From the NCBI RefSeq assembly GCF_963921235.1, contig NC_086097.1:154072001-154136000 (forward strand): 64,000 bases of DNA, read 5' to 3'. Source of the DNA: Mobula hypostoma (lineage: Eukaryota). The position numbers were made by a program, and so were the translations under genes. Positions 1-15,120 of this stretch are shown here, one piece after another. Each line of letters opens with the position of its first letter. Position 1 is the first letter of the stretch. Under the pieces are notes generated by a model. The model worked only from the letters and a program-made list of their open reading frames with translations, ran no database searches and was not told the origin of the DNA.

Positions 1-121
1 CTTGTCACTGACGTAGGAACGCAAGATCCAGCACAAACATCTTAGACATTTAAAAACAATCATAACCAAAAATAATTGCAACCTATAACAGTTACAAACA
101 TAATAAAGATATTACATTTAA

Positions 122-189
122 GATATTGCGTTCACCAGCAACTTTGATGTGTGTTGCTTGAATTTCCAGCATCTGCAGAATTCCTGTTG
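122..189 (+). mobile_element. Short Penelope 3'-tail insertion with a 12-bp TSD
   Basis: gcgttcaccagcaacttt...ttccagcatctgcag flanked by tattacatttaa at 110-121 and 190-201. Confidence 0.85.
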
Positions 190-1606
190 TATTACATTTA
201 AAACTTTTTTCTAAAAGTCATTATCTAATTCTTACCATGGTCTCTCACAACGGTCTACTAAATGTAAAGTAATGGGGAATCTTTCTTTACACTATACCCA
301 ACCTGGCACAGGATGTTGATGAAGATTCCCATTGTAAATTGTGGGGAATCGCTGAAGCCTCTTATTTCCATGGTCTGTATTAACAACACTGCTGGCAAAA
401 TAATAGTAAACCATTCACAGCAACTTCTGGATTTCTATGCTTCTGTGTATATGTGTGAAAATCTACCAAATGTTGACAGATTTTTCACTAGTTTTGCTGA
501 CAGTTCCCTGCAAAACCATGGGCCACGCTTCTTATTGTCACTATTCATTAATTGCTCATTCTAAGGTGTTCTACCAGTTGAGAATGCAAATTGTGTACAT
601 ATTTACTTTTTTGGAGTATGATTGAGTTGCAATTTGTTCATGATTGGTAGAACACTTCATTTTCAATAGGACATTGTATGAAGCAACCAGACCTTTAATC
701 TATTGCTGAATTTCTGAAACATGCCAGCACTGAAATCTCTGACAGCATTACATATACCTTGAAGGAAGTACTGATAGATTCTATGGAGAAATTATTGAAT
801 TAACTCTACACAATTATAAAACCTGAAAAGTGTAAATATGCTTCTTGCTGACTAAGCCCCATAGTACTTAGGATACACGACAAATGAATTAGATTTTATA
901 TGCTGTGGGAATAAACGGATAATTGTTTAAGCCTGCGTTAAATTGTTCAGCATGTCATATTCTTCTATTGAATTAACATATGGAATACCTGTAAGAAATT
1001 CTAAAATGGATTTGAGTTATGATTCAACACAATGAGAATTAATTGTCAGGTTTGAACTGCTACCTTTTAAGAGATAAAGTGAAAGCATGGTATTAAACTT
1101 TTGAGGGAGGACAAAGCTATCTGGGCTTTGAAAGAGAAAACAGTCTCAAAATTGCCTGAATTTGAATGCAGATGTCGGATGATGAAAGTATGAATTTCAA
1201 AACTCACTGTTGTTGGTTGGCTTCCAAACACCACCAATTAGTGATGCATGAGATGAAGATCCCCTTGAATGGTATGCTGTAGGTATGAGAACACCTGTGT
1301 ACACAACTGTAGTTATTTGCTTTCAAGGCAAAAATAACTAATGAGGCTGTAATAAGAAGGAGTAAAGCAGAGCACACACTACGTAAAACACAAAGGCTTA
1401 TCTCTGGCCAGCATCCATCTGGAAGCTCTGTTCTGCAGGATCCATTGCTTGCAAGCCTTGTGCACCCAGGCCCACACTATCTTCAAGGCTCCATTCTCCA
1501 GGGACATGTTTCATTTGACATCTCCAACCCTCTGACCCCAAGTATCTTGCCAGCCAATGCTCTAAACCAGCCCCAGCCTAGTCCCATTCCCAGCTTCGTA
1601 CTTCTA

Positions 1607-1858
<252 letters not shown>

Positions 1859-1987
1859 TCAAGCAGTTTTCCTGTCAGGCTTAACAATCACGATTAAAGA
1901 GCTAAAAAACAAAGACTGGATCAGCAACAAATTTGCACATATAATGCTCATCTGAGAGTTCTTTATCCCTGGGTTGAATCACACACT

Positions 1988-2843
1988 TGAGGGGCTTAGA
2001 TAGTTTAGGAGAATGGGCAAAGAAGTGGCAAATGAAATACAATGTTGGAAAGTGTATGGTTATGCACATTGGTGGAAGAAATAAACGGGAAAACTGTTAT
2101 TTAGATGGGGAGAGAATTCAGAATGCAGAGATGCAAAGGGACTTGGAGTCCTTGTGCAGGATACCCCAAAGATTAACTTCCAGGTTGAGTCGGTGGTGAA
2201 GAAGGCAAATGCAATGTTGGCATTCATTTCTAGAGGTATAGAATATAAGAGCAGGGATGTGATGTTGAGACTCTATAAGGCACTCGTGAGTCCACACTTG
2301 GAGTATTATGTGAACTTTGGGCTCCTTATTTTAGAAAGGATATACTGACATTGGAGAGGGTTCAGAGAAGATCCCAGGAATGAAAGGGTTATCGTATAAG
2401 GAATGTCTGGTAGCCCTTGGGCTGTATTCCCTGGAGTTCAGGAGAATGGGGGGGGATCTGCTAGAAACATTCCGAATGTTAAAAGGCCTGAACTGATTAA
2501 ATATAGCCAAGTTATTTCCCATGGTAGGGGAGTCTAGGACAAGAGGGCATGACTTCAAGATTGAAGGATGTCCATTTAGAACAGAGATGCAGAGAAATTA
2601 CTTTAGTAAGAGGGTGGTAAATCTGTGGAATTTGTTGCCACGAACGGCTGTGGAGGGCAAGTCATTGGGTGGTTTAAGGCAGAGATAGATAGGTTCTTGA
2701 TTAGCCAGGGCATCAAAGGGTAAGGGGAGAAGGCAGTGGTGTGGGGATGACTGGAAGAATTGGATCAGCCCATGATTGAATGGTGGAGTAGACTTGATGG
2801 ATCGAATGGCCTACTTCTGCTTCTATATCTTATTGTCTTATGG
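1988..2843 (+). mobile_element. CR1 3' fragment
   Basis: ORF pieces EWAKKWQMKYNVGKC and LRLYKALVSPHLEY, followed by a 3'UTR with a (TCTTATG)-like tail. Confidence 0.88.
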
Positions 2844-3603
2844 CTTTTGTATGCATTTGCATACCATCCCTGCATGCCTGATGCAATCTTCCGGTCAGTT
2901 CTTGTGTTGTGATTCTTTCGAAAGTGAGTCAGGGAAGGCAGTTATGAAGAGTGACCACTTCTGGACACTCCCTAAACAATCATGAGTCTATTGTGCTGCT
3001 GCAGCCCTTACTAAAAATGGCCGCTTTGAACAGAACCAAGTTCAGAGCCAAGAGCCCAGTCTAGGTAGAATCCCATTTACTTTGTGATTACTTGTCCTCG
3101 TTGGATTCCACTCTCTCATTCTACATTGAGCCATCAGCCAACCCTTCCCACGGTCATCTGCTGAACTTGGGTCCAAATCCTTACCTTTCTCAGTTAACAA
3201 TCCCTAAGCAATTTGATAGCACAAAGTCCTGACCTGCAGCTATCCCATCCTTTGGCCCTCATCCCTACGCACTGTCGACATTCTCCAAGGCTCTTCCCTC
3301 CTTCTCATTGTCCATCTTCTAGCTCAACTGACAACCTCACCTCTCACCCCCCACCTCCACCACAGAACCAACTGCAGTGCTAAGCTCACCATAGCTTCAT
3401 TTGCAAGGCAATAGACAAACAATATACCCATTGGTTCTAGGCTCAGATACAACTGAGGTGGATGCCAAACCAGAGTGGTTGCTGTCTTACCATACAGCAT
3501 TCTTTCAGTGGGGCAGTAAATGCAAATTTGCATTTCTAAACCAGTGTTAATGAATGATTAGGTTCTATCTGGCATGTGTTCAATGCATTTCAGAAGAAGT
3601 CTG

Positions 3604-3870
3604 ATATAGCTACAGTTTGCCGCTTTGAAGGAGAACTCCCAGGAACAGCAATGAAAAATGGGTGGTGGGTGTATGGAACCAGCTATCAGAGCAGGTTATA
3701 GATTCAGGTTCAAAGTTTACAAGACATTTGGACAAGTATATGGATAGGAGAGGTTTTCATGGAGATGGGACAAATGCAGATAAGTGGGATTAGCTCAGGG
3801 TGGGGCACCTTGGTCGGCATGGAGAGTTGGGCCGAAGGGTCTGTTTCACTGTTGTATAACTCTGAGTATA
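3604..3870 (+). mobile_element. CR1 3' terminal remnant
   Basis: Resembles the CR1 3' ends elsewhere in the window (gggtgtatggaac...ttggacaagtatatggatagg...gggccgaagggtctgtttc). Confidence 0.7.
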
Positions 3871-6800
3871 GCTGAGCAAAAATTAAACTTTAAAAATGTG
3901 CAGGTTAGAACAGTAGCAGAACCAGACAAATAACATTTATTTTTCAATGTAAGACAGGTTTAGAAGAGTTGCAAGGGTGGATTATTGAATCATAGAATAG
4001 TAACAGCATATTTGGTCCCTCAAGTCAGCAATCTATAACACCTGCTAATTTGAACCTCAAGACCATGCATTGGGAACACACAGGAGCACTGTATAAGCAG
4101 TGGAGGGACACATCACATCTCAGGCTAGACAATCTTTCTGCCCCTTCAGCCATCTCCTACACCACCCCATGAGCTCAGCAGTCACCAACAGATTGGAAGT
4201 AAGTCATCCTTAACCCCAGGGGTCAGCCTAAGATGAAATAAAGGAATGGCAGCTGAAAGGCAGCTAATATATCCATAGGAAAAACCTGTTCTTTTCTAGT
4301 ACAATGGCCAGTAAGCTCATGAGAAAGATAGCCAAGAACTGATTGAAAATCATGGGACAAGCAATCGGGAATTAGTTACATAGCACAAATAGGGGAGAAG
4401 GGCCACAAGTAAATGGGATTTTAAATAAAGCACTCATCTCTCAACTGAAATGCTTTTTATACTTCACTGAGGCCAGTGTGATCCTAGATTGGATAACCTG
4501 TCCAGATTTTCAGACATAGAGAAAGGAAAACTGCTGTTAATATCATATCTAGCCTGATGTTTAATGTACAGTCTTTCTCTCAAAGCCATGGTGCTCAAGA
4601 TTGACTTACCCAGTTTTGTAATCAGCAGTGTAGTTTTGACAATTTGCTGAGCATTCTACCATTATGGCGGGTAATGAGGATTCTATTATAATTAGAATCA
4701 GTTCTTTACCACCAGGATTAGAAATTTGTTTTAACAGTGCCTCCTTTGCCTGCCTTGCTCAGACTCATGGGAAAGTGATTTTAACCCTTGCTGCTTCAGA
4801 GCACCATTCCCATTTCCCTCACACCAGAGGCACTCTGAATGAGTTTGGCAATTAGTGCAGAATTGTCTGCAGGTGTTTCCCGGGAATCATAACATCAGCG
4901 TTGAGTGAGGCAGCCAAATTCATTACAGGAGAAACAGCAAAAATGTGAGAGAAAAAATACACTCATAGTGAAAGAGACAGACAGTGACTAAAATTAAAAG
5001 TGACAGAGGGAGACCTTTGCCAAGAAATTTGACTCATTTGCACCTGGTTTCATACACAAATTGCATATAAAATCCATTCTGGGAATGTTAGATCATGCTA
5101 GCAACCACTTTCAGGCACCATGCCTCAGGTACCTTACTTCTGCAGTGTCGGTTGTGGACCTAATGAATTATCTGATGTTTGAACACATAAATCAAATAAT
5201 CTCCCAAAATATTTCCCTTATTTTTGCTAGCGTTACTATTTTATGTAGACCACCTGATTGGTGAAAAGCAGAATCCCTCAGCACCCCCAAAACTTGACAG
5301 TGAAAGCAGAGATACCATGACACCTATACAGAGATATGATGCAGTTTAACCTGAGCATTCTGAGAAATATTAAATTGTAAATTTCAGAGATGCCAGGATC
5401 ATGTGCTTGCAGCAAATAGACAGTTAGATTGCCGTGAATAAACTGAGATTTGGTAAAGGATTGTTCAGATCTGATCAGCCTCTGAATGGATTTTATAGAT
5501 TATATTTTTTTAGTACTAAACTATTGGTACAAATGTCTCCAATCATGGCTAAATGATTGGTGTATACTCAGCACTCTCTAACCTTGCTTCCAACGCTTTT
5601 CATTAGCAAGCATTTGTTTCCAACAAAATGGCAAGAAATACCTCTATTTTCAGGCAGAAGAAGAAAGAGGATTTTGAAAAAAGGTGTTTCTATTTATTGA
5701 ATTTGCTGAAAGTAGATTCTTAACACTTCAGTGAGGGACAAGCTGTTGCGGCTGCAATTTGGATTTTGCTTGCCAAAAATATTTAGCTAACTGCACGTAG
5801 ATAATAACAGAAAAATCTATGTCTATGACTTCTCTCCTCCTTGATGATGATGCCCCCTAGCTGGTACCTTGGTTATGAGGGCTCCAAATCTACTAGAGCA
5901 GTGTATGGGATTATAAAAGAAGGCATCAGATTGTTATTTAAAATGATCAATGGCACTCAATGATGTCCATCACTGTTCCTCATCATATCTTATTTGACAG
6001 TTAAGAATGGTTACATTGAAAGTCAGTTCATTTATATAGCATGTTAATAATCTCATGATCAAAGTCCCAAGTAAAGCTAATTAAGTATTTTGAGTGTTAC
6101 AATTTAAGGAACATTGTGCTTAATTTGTGCAAAAAATATAAAATGAAATAAAAGCTAGGTAACTGGTTTGAATAATGCTAATTAAGGTGCTGGATGAAGT
6201 CCAGAGCACTGGAGAGAGCTCTGCTGGTGTTCAGAACTGTACCACTGAATGTACTCTGGGGGAAGGAACACATGGTGATACATGGCTAGGTGGCAGTGTG
6301 GGCTTTGAGGAGGATGCAGAGAGGCTTCAGGGGGTTATGCTCAAGACTAAGTAAATAGCCAAGGACAGGACACAGTTGGAGCATGCCATGGAAAATTCTG
6401 AGGTCCTCCTCTACTATTGCTAGGGAAAATAGAAAGCTCAAATATTTTTTAATTGGTGAAAGAACATGGAACATATTTGGTGAAGGTGGAGATGGGAAAA
6501 GATGACAAACTATTGGGCACTGGTCTCATCGGTGACAAAAGTGAGATGAAGATGAGTATATTAACATATATATTGGGTTTGGTTTGGGAGGTGTTATTAA
6601 ACTGATATTAAGGATATCCATAGTTTGTTTTAATCTAAGTAAGTGGTCAGGGAAGATTATGGAATTAGCCTTCAATGCACAATTTATTGCAGAATGAAAA
6701 GTAAGTTTGTTTATCAGTAATTTAGCACATTGATAGACAGTAGAGCAAGGTGTGTTTAACATGTATGTGGAAAGTTTAAAGTGTTTCTTACTAGCTGCAT

Positions 6801-6906
6801 CAGAATCACTACTCATAATTTATTTAATAAGTCAATTCAGATCTTTCAAAATATCTACTGAGTCTCACTCATAACCAAAACACCCACTGTATTTCCATTA
6901 TTTTTA

Positions 6907-7131
<225 letters not shown>

Positions 7132-8617
7132 TTATTCCATGATCACTCCACTGAATGATGAATATGTGTTACTAACAATTAACGAGCTAAGTATTTTCCA
7201 AGACAGAAGATACATATCAAGGTTCAATCACAAAATCCAACATCCCACAGGGTAGTGGTTCACATCCATAGGAGACACATAATTTGCAATATCAGACAAA
7301 GCCCAAGATAATTGTCTAGGATTTTCTAGTGAATATATACCTGTACATCTCATGATATACACTATCCAGTGAATACTGTGGGCATAATGAAAATTCTACA
7401 TACCATTTATTGCCATTGGTTCCTATGTGTTAAGCTGCTTTTGCTATGTCTCTGAAAGTATTCCTTTACTTGTCACATAAAAGTGGATCATATATAGACT
7501 TCGTCATATGTAGATCGCAACAATAACTCTTGTTACCAAGTTATAGGGCAAAAATGGGTACCGAGAGTTTGGTTTCACACTAGCCATGTTTACACTGAAC
7601 AGTAGGAGAGACTCAGTGGCTTGCTCCTGTCCCTACACAGAGCAGGTATGAGAGAAAGTGCTCTTCCAGGTACCACATTCACAGAAGCAGTATGAAACAC
7701 AAACAGCAGATCCCCTGGTAAGCTATAGTGTTTTGTCTGCTCTCACAATGCAGTATAATGTGGCTACCATAGAACTAAACAGGTTAAGGTGTTTTTTTTT
7801 TGTTTAAGAAAAATTATCTCAGATAATAGTTAAGGTGTAGTTCATTGCACTTTTTGAAAGAGAAAACCTGCCGCAGTCATGAGGCGGAGGGGAAGAATAT
7901 CAGAGCAGCAGCATGATTTTGTGTTGTTCCATCTCAGAAAGCAGTGCATGACACAACTGACTTGCTATGCTGCTTTTGATGTTTCCAAGGCATATCCACG
8001 GGCATATGAACCACATTGATTATATTTCCCATTATACAGCTCCTGAAGCACCTAACCAGCACTGCTGCGAAGCAATTGTCTCCACAGGCTCCACGTCTGT
8101 GGAGGGACAATTACAGAACTTCACCATATGCTGTACCATCTGTAGCCAACATGGTGGTTATGTCAATGGCAATATCCTGGCTCCTGCCCATTCAGCCAAG
8201 CACTGCGGTGTTAGTTAATGAGCTGACAATCAACGTAACCCGCAAGTTGAGGGAAGCAGCAGTGAGCACTGCTGCTTCGTCTAATGAAGAGAGAAAACAG
8301 CCTGTCTTTTTTGGAAATATTAATGCTTTCCATCATTGAGGGCTGAGAGCACGTACACTTTGTCCTGTTTATACTGTGATGCACAGTCGAAATTCCATAT
8401 ACCATTTAATGCCGCTGTTTCCTTTGTGTTAAATTGCTTTTTTCTGTCTTTCACAAGCATTCCTTTGCTTGTGGATCATATATGGACTCATCGTAACTGG
8501 ACTGCAACAATATTCCCATGACTTTCTCAGCCTTTCTTTATTCCTTGAATACAGTTCTTAAAACAGATGCCATCAAGCAAAGCTTCTGACCTTCTGATAT
8601 AATATTCATTATGTAAT

Positions 8618-9092
8618 ATACACACAAAAAACTGGAAAAACTCAGCAGGTCAGGCAGCATCTATGGAGGTAAATAAACAGTAAACACTTTGGGCTGAGCC
8701 CCTTCATAGGGCCCAAAATTGGGACGGCATGGCAGCACAACACTTCACAGTACCAGCGACCCAGGTTCAATTCCTGTCTGTAAGGAGTTTGCATGTTCTC
8801 CCCCTGACCTCGTGGGTTTCCTCCGGGTGCTCCAGTTTCCTCCCACAGTCCAAAGATGTACCGGTTGGTAGGTTAGTTTGTCATGGTAAATTGTCCCATG
8901 ATGAGACTAGCAATAAATCGGGGGATTGCTTGATAGCGCGGCTCAAAGGACCAGAAGGGCCTATTCTGTGCTGTATCTCAATAAATAAAATAAATTCTCT
9001 AAATAAATACTGTCTGTTTATTTCCTTCCACAGATGATGCCTGACCTGCTGAGTTCCTCCAGTATTTTGTGAGTCCAGTATCTGCAGAATCT
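8618..9092. mobile_element. Inverted pair of Penelope termini with a SINE in the centre
   Basis: actcagcaggtcaggcagcatctatgga (~8640-8667) is mirrored by tccacagatgatgcctgacctgctgagt (~9027-9054). Confidence 0.78.
8721..8996 (+). mobile_element. tRNA-derived V-SINE (HE1-like) with a CR1-type 3' tail
   Basis: B-box GGTTCAATTCC near 8765, core gtgggtttcctccgggtgctccagtttcctcccac, and tail gaagggcctattctgtgctgtat shared with CR1 ends. Confidence 0.88.
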
Positions 9093-9669
9093 ATGGTGTA
9101 TATATTGATTATGATTATATACTGTAGTTCATTCTCAACTTCTGTAAGGTAACATCTCTGTGTCATCACTCAGATTAGGTCATCTTTCAGGTTAATTCTC
9201 TTAATTGTGAGTAGATTAGCAAATTATTTCATACAATTTTCCCCAGGGGATTGAGTTTATACCGCAAATAGTAAATTTTACTTTAAACTTTAAAAGAAGG
9301 AAACTTGACAGACCATGTGATTGTACAAATGATCAGAAGCCAGGATAATTTTGATAAGTCAACCCCAATTAACCGTCTTCACATTCAAGCCTTAAGCCTT
9401 GTTTGAATGCTCCATGAACTGTTTTTGGAAATTATTCATTATGTCTGTTTCTATAGTCTTCCTTGATCACCTATTTCATAGCTCTATTATATGCTTCGGA
9501 AGTTCCAACTGACTGCTTATTATAATTTTCTAATTTGCTTCCTAATAGCAGGGTTCCTTGATAAGCAATTGTCTGCATGAACCTTGCAAAATCAGTCATA
9601 AACTTGACAAGTTTCATTACTAGCTCTGTTACTGTGCTGCCCTAATTCGATGCAGAGCTGTTGATTGAC

Positions 9670-9930
9670 AGCCTCAGCAGCTTGTGATCCATTGTAACTT
9701 CTGTCTGTGTGGAGTTTGCATGTTTTCCCGGACAATATGGGTTTCCTCCCGGTGCTCTGATTTCTCAAAGGTGTGATAGGGTAATTGGAGATGATATGAC
9801 AGAGAGTCTGTAGGAAAGTGATAGAACATGCAGGGAGGTGAACAGAATAAAATGGGATTAATACTGATCAGTGTTTGATGGCACAAATACGAAGGGCCAA
9901 AGGACTGTTACTGTGCTGTATGAATCTATT
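9670..9930 (+). mobile_element. V-SINE copy, diverged
   Basis: gtctgtgtggagtttgcatgtt...gggtttcctcccggtgctc...gggccaaaggactgttactgtgctgtat. Confidence 0.78.
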
Positions 9931-10512
9931 TTCCAGTAAAATGTCTTGGTATCTTTCCTTTGTTTCTTTAAGTTTTTATCTTTCAAAATATAATAAGTAT
10001 GTTTTGTTAAATAAGTCATAAGGATTTATAAATGAAATGGTCAAACCATTGTAGAATTATGTATTTTTCCACTTTTTTTTCCTCCTCAGCAGAAGGTACA
10101 CACAAATGAAGAGATGTGCAGGAGAATTGGCATTCTGCCTGTTGGAGTAGGTGCATCTTGGCCTCCAAGTCTTGCTGGTGTGTTTAAATCCTGATCAGGC
10201 AACTCAAAACATACATAAAAGTTAAGTTTTACATTGAAATGCCACTGTTCACACCTCAATCACTGAAGGCAGGTATTTCCCAATCCACCTGAACTAGCAG
10301 GGTTTCCTCTTTGTCTGAAAATCCCCCGAGTTCATGTTATGTGTCCTGTCCCTTGGCATCATAGGGTCATACAGCATGGCAACATGCCCCTTGGCCCATG
10401 CTGACCAGCATTCCCATCTAAGCTATTCTATTTTCCTGCACTTAGCTGAGCTGATACCCCTCTAAACATTTCCTGTCCATGTACCTGTCCAAATGAAAAG
10501 AAGTATTGCTCA

Positions 10513-10797
10513 TTTATTTATTTATTCATTCAGAGATACAGCGCAGAACAGGTCTTTCTGAAAGAACAAGCCCTATTGCCCACTAACCTACCTGTTTAAC
10601 ACCAGCTTAATCACAGGACAATTACAACGAACAACTAACTTATTAACCTATCTATCTCCATACTGTGGGAGGAAACTGGAGCACTCGGAGAAAACCTACA
10701 TGGTCGTGGGAAGGACATACACACTCCTTATAAAATTGAACTCTGACACCCCAATCTGTAATAGCACTGCACCAACTGCTACACTATTGTGGCACCC
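10513..10797 (-). mobile_element. V-SINE copy
   Basis: tgtgggaggaaactggagcactcggagaaaacc is the reverse complement of the V core. (ttta)n tail at the left. Confidence 0.8.
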
Positions 10798-13013
10798 TAT
10801 TACTCATTAACATTTAAATGTTTAGAGGGTGTCCTGGCAAGGGTAATAATTCACAGAATTTTACAGTCCTTCAGAAAAGCTCTTCAAAAGCACAATTAGT
10901 CCAGTAACCAACATGCCCAACAGTGGGTGGGTCCTAACTAAATGAATCTCATTGGCACAATGAATTCCATCAGTTAGTGCCGGTACCTCTCAGCTCCACC
11001 AATTCAGATTCAATGCAGATCTTTGGTGCGGTCTCTGCAGGTGTTTGCACACTGCCTCAAAGATGCACTGGTGTGTGAATTGGTGTATGGAAATCATGTA
11101 GCTAAGTGAAGGGCAGGAGAATTGGGTTGAGTTATGGGCATGTGTGAGAGAATAGATTACAAGGGAATGAGGCAAAGGAAATAATCTGAGAAATGGTACA
11201 GATCTAATAAACAAATGACGTGGAAATGTGGAAAATGTTCTGGACCCAATTTCAGTGTTGGATGAGTCCTGAGTACCTGGCACAGTATCAGAGGTGGCCC
11301 TGACACCTGCACCTGGGAATTCAAGTTCTTTTCTTGAGTCTTTAGCTTCAAGCTCCACAGCACTTGTATTTACCACACCATGCATGGTCTCCAGGTAAAC
11401 TGATGAAGAAACTTCCCTTTTGCATGTGGGAAAAAAGTCTGCAAACTTTAGGCTCTGTCCAGAACCTCAACCAGTGACTACAACCCATGGTCGCACTTTG
11501 ACCTTGTTTGGAAATAGTGCCAGCCATCAACCCTGAACCAAGTCATAATACCAACTGGCATCCAGACCTCTTACAGTGCCCTGCTACTTTCCTGAACCTA
11601 ATAAATGATGCTGATCTAACTATAACACAACCATCTCAGACAAATAATTAATCAATGCATGTTTCTGGCATGTGTTGCTCCAGACCTCGGTTAAATGATG
11701 AGGAAAAGGGCACTGAACCTTGGCCTGGTCAAGAAAATTTTAGAAGGGCGATGGTTGAAGTATAAAGAACATAAAGGGGATTATAGTGGTGGAGGTCAAT
11801 TGGAAAAAGTCTAATTTACAATCAGAATGTGAGCTGGACAATGGCTTTAATGTAGAATTGAAACTCCTGCTTCTATCAGCTCCTGCTTCTATCAGTTTCT
11901 TTTAAACTTATGCCTTTCAACTGTCTCTGGTTAGTGGACTTGACATAGATCCAACTTCCCTGTATGCTATTGGTTCAAGGAACTTACTTTGTATAGATGA
12001 CCTCAAAAGAACCTGAAGTCCCCTATTTACTGAGAATGTCTACTCAAGGGCTCAGGCTCTCTATAGCACTGCAAGGATCAAAATGGTGGAAGTTTATATC
12101 TGGTTCATGATGTCCTATTATCTAAAACTGTAGACGTATGACTTTGAATGTAAATCTAGGAGGACAATTTTATAAATGTACTTAGCTTTAATTAGAAAAA
12201 GGACTACAGCAAATAAAATATACTCCTTATAGTCATTACATCCCATTTGAAATGCAGTAAATTATGAGCCTTGGAAGTGCAAACAATTCAGCTATGTGTA
12301 GTGTAACATTATCCTCAGCAATAAATCGTTGCCAACAATTATTCTCCATTTGATTAGAAAAAAATCATATTGAAAATTGTTTCTTTTCATTTTGATGGAG
12401 AAAAGAAAGAAATGATTTACTGTTGGGAGTGAGACAATCACTTGTGCTTCAAAGATTACCATTCCTTTCACATAACTCCTCAATCAACAGTTACACAGAA
12501 AGTGATGCTTGCTGACTGAACTGGATATAATCTATCTTGCCCACTTGGAATTGTCTCAGGAAAGACATGGAGGAGAGGCAGTGAATGGTCTGTAAAATGG
12601 AGCCAAACAATTTGCAGGTAAAGCATTTTAGACAATCTAACATGAAATGATTTTTATGAGCTATCCATCATTTCATGACAAAGGACATGGTGGATCACTG
12701 TAACTTGATAGCAATTCTTCCCAAAGGCACTCGTGCTGGTTAATTTTATTTTTGGTATATTGCTTTACTCAACATCTGACATAACTGCTGCAGATTGGCA
12801 CATCTCTTTTTGCTCCAATATTTTGCTAGTCTGAGCTTCGTTCCTATTGAGGAGTGATACCTAGTCCATGGGAATCAAATGCTGCACTTTTAGACCAATT
12901 CTTTCCCCCAAGGTTAAATGCATTGTCTGTGATGTTCTAGACGTAACTCCAATCCAAATTCTGGGATGGAAGAAATTTTTGAAAAATGGCTAGAAGTCCT
13001 AGTATCACTAGAG

Positions 13014-13093
13014 CTGAGGTCCCCAGCCTTTTTTATGCCATGGAGCATTACCATTGACTGAGGGGCCCTTGGATCTCAGATTGGGAATCCCTA
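13014..13093. mobile_element. hAT-type MITE (80 bp)
   Basis: Imperfect terminal inverted repeats ctgaggtccccagcc / gattgggaatcccta and an 8-bp TSD cact(a/g)gag at 13006-13013 and 13094-13101. Confidence 0.7.
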
Positions 13094-13649
13094 CACTGGA
13101 GGGATATATGTAGGTCAAACATAAACAAATAGGGCTAGCTTAAATATGCAACTTGGGAGGCAGAGATGAGATGGGCCAAAAGGCCTGTTTCCGTGACAGG
13201 GCACACCAACTGCAGAAATATCTCAACATGAAGGGAAGGCAGAAGTTATGAATGGTGTTAGTCCTCTCAACAGCACACCCCATGATTCTCTTAAACATGA
13301 GAGAGAGGAGAAATACTGCATCTCAAGCCGCCTGTAGCTTAAAACTGCAATCATGCCTGATCTTCATTAGTGCCAGTTCTCCTGTCAGAAGTAGAGTGGT
13401 TGGATGTCTCCAATGGCCTGGCCACAATGCAATAGACATCCTGAACTGCCACCACAAAATATGTGTGAGAATACAAAAAAGTACTTCACACTGGCCTTAA
13501 AATAATTTTTTAAATTTGTTGCACAAAGTAGCACAGATTTGCTTTTAGCTGTACATTGTCTACACATGACTAACATGTTGAATCCCAACAAAGGTTCTGT
13601 CCCTGTGTAATCATAAACACGAGAAGTTCTGCGGATCCTGTTAATCCAA

Positions 13650-14580
13650 AGCAACACACACACACACAATGCTGGAGGAACTGAGAAGGTCAGGCAGCAT
13701 CAATGGAAATGAACTAACAGTCAATGTTTCGGGCCAGGACTCTTCTTCAGGACTAGAAAGAAAGGGAAGATGCCAGAATAAAAAGGTGGGGGGAGAGGAA
13801 GGAAGCTAGCTAGAAGGTGATAGGTGTAGCCGGGTGGGTAGGAAAGATAAAGGACTGGGGAGGAAGGAAACTGATAGGAGAGGAGGGTGGGCCATAGGAG
13901 AAAGGAAAAGAGGACCCAAGAGTGGGCCATTGGAAAAAGGGACCCACGGAAATGCGACAGGCAGGTGAGAAGAGGTAAGAGGCCGGAGTTGGGAATAGAA
14001 GAAGGGAGGGGAGAGAAACTTTTTTTTTACTGGAAGGAGGAATCAATATTCATACTATCAGGTTGGAGGCTATCGGATGAAATATGTGTTACTCCTCTGC
14101 CCTGAGGGTGGCCTCACTGTGGTATAAGAGGAGGCCATGGACCAACGTGTTGGAACGGGAATGCGAATCAGAATGAAAATGTTTGGTCACCAGAAAGTTT
14201 TGATTTTGGCTGGTGCAAAGGTGCTTGACAAAGCAGTTCCCCAACTTATGATGGGTCTCACTAATTTAGGGGAGGGCACATTGAGGGCACCGGACATAAT
14301 TGGCTATCCTACCAGATTTGCTGCTTGGGGCCCTGAATGGAAGAAGTGAATTGGCAGGTGTTGCACTTTGGCTGCTTGCAGGGATTAGTGCCAGGAGGGA
14401 GATTAGTGGGAGAGACAAATGGACAAGGGAATCATGGAGGGAGCAATTCCTGTGGAAAGCAGAGGCAGAGAATGAAGATATGTTTGGTGGTAGGATCCCT
14501 TTGGAGATGGCGAAGGTTGCAGAGAATGATGTGTTGGATGCAAAGTCTCAAGGGGTGGCAGGTGAGGACTAGGGGAACTC
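13650..14580 (-). mobile_element. Penelope-like element fragment
   Basis: Colinear with 20750-21614/22294-22350 and the reverse complement of the 36.7-37.7 kb copy. Confidence 0.86.
13718..13755 (-). ncRNA. Penelope hammerhead motif, partly decayed
   Basis: UAGUC CUGAAGA AGAGUCCUGGCCC GAAAC AUU GACUG. Confidence 0.52.
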
Positions 14581-14629
14581 GTTCTGACAGTTACTCCAAA
14601 GAAATTTCTTTGCAAAATGGATGAATGAC

Positions 14630-15120
14630 AAAACCACATCCTTTGTTACCCATGAATGGAAATATTGCTTCTGCACCACCCTGTCAATCCCCCTCAACAG
14701 AATCATCTCTCATTCTTCTAAACTCTAGTGAGAATAGCCTCAACCTTCCTGTCTTTCCTCGTAAGACAATCCCTTCACCCCAGCAATAATCCTAGTGAAT
14801 CTTCTCTTAAATGCTGCCACTACAAATATATCCTTCCTTCAATAAGGAGACCAAATTTACATACAGTAAACTTGGTGGGGGCTGACTGTACCCAATAAGA
14901 CGTAGTCATAATTCCCTATTTTTATATTCCCTCTGCAGTGCAACAAAGGCCATTAATTCAGTTGTCTTCCTAATTCTTTGCTGTACCTGCATCCTAATTT
15001 TCTTTTCTACAGTATATACACAAAGGCACATAGAATTCTGTATTTTCTCTCCATTATGCAATACTCCACTTTTCTAATCTTCCCATCAAAGTGGATAACC
15101 TCAAGTTTCTCCACATCAGG
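14630..15120 (-). mobile_element. Degraded CR1 RT C-terminal fragment
   Basis: Loose similarity to the minus-strand CR1 copies (ctagtgaatcttctc...ggagaccaaatttacatacagta). Confidence 0.6.

Noticed and set aside
7530..8520. Possible old DNA-transposon (Harbinger-like) relic with short ORFs
   Set aside because: I could not establish terminal inverted repeats, a TSD or a recognisable protein motif.
11398..11420. CTGATGAAGAAAC, resembling a hammerhead core
   Set aside because: There is no helix II between the conserved boxes and no helix I pairing.
11864..11895. 16-bp tandem duplication ctcctgcttctatcag x2
   Set aside because: An ordinary slippage duplication with only two units and no spacer; not CRISPR-like.
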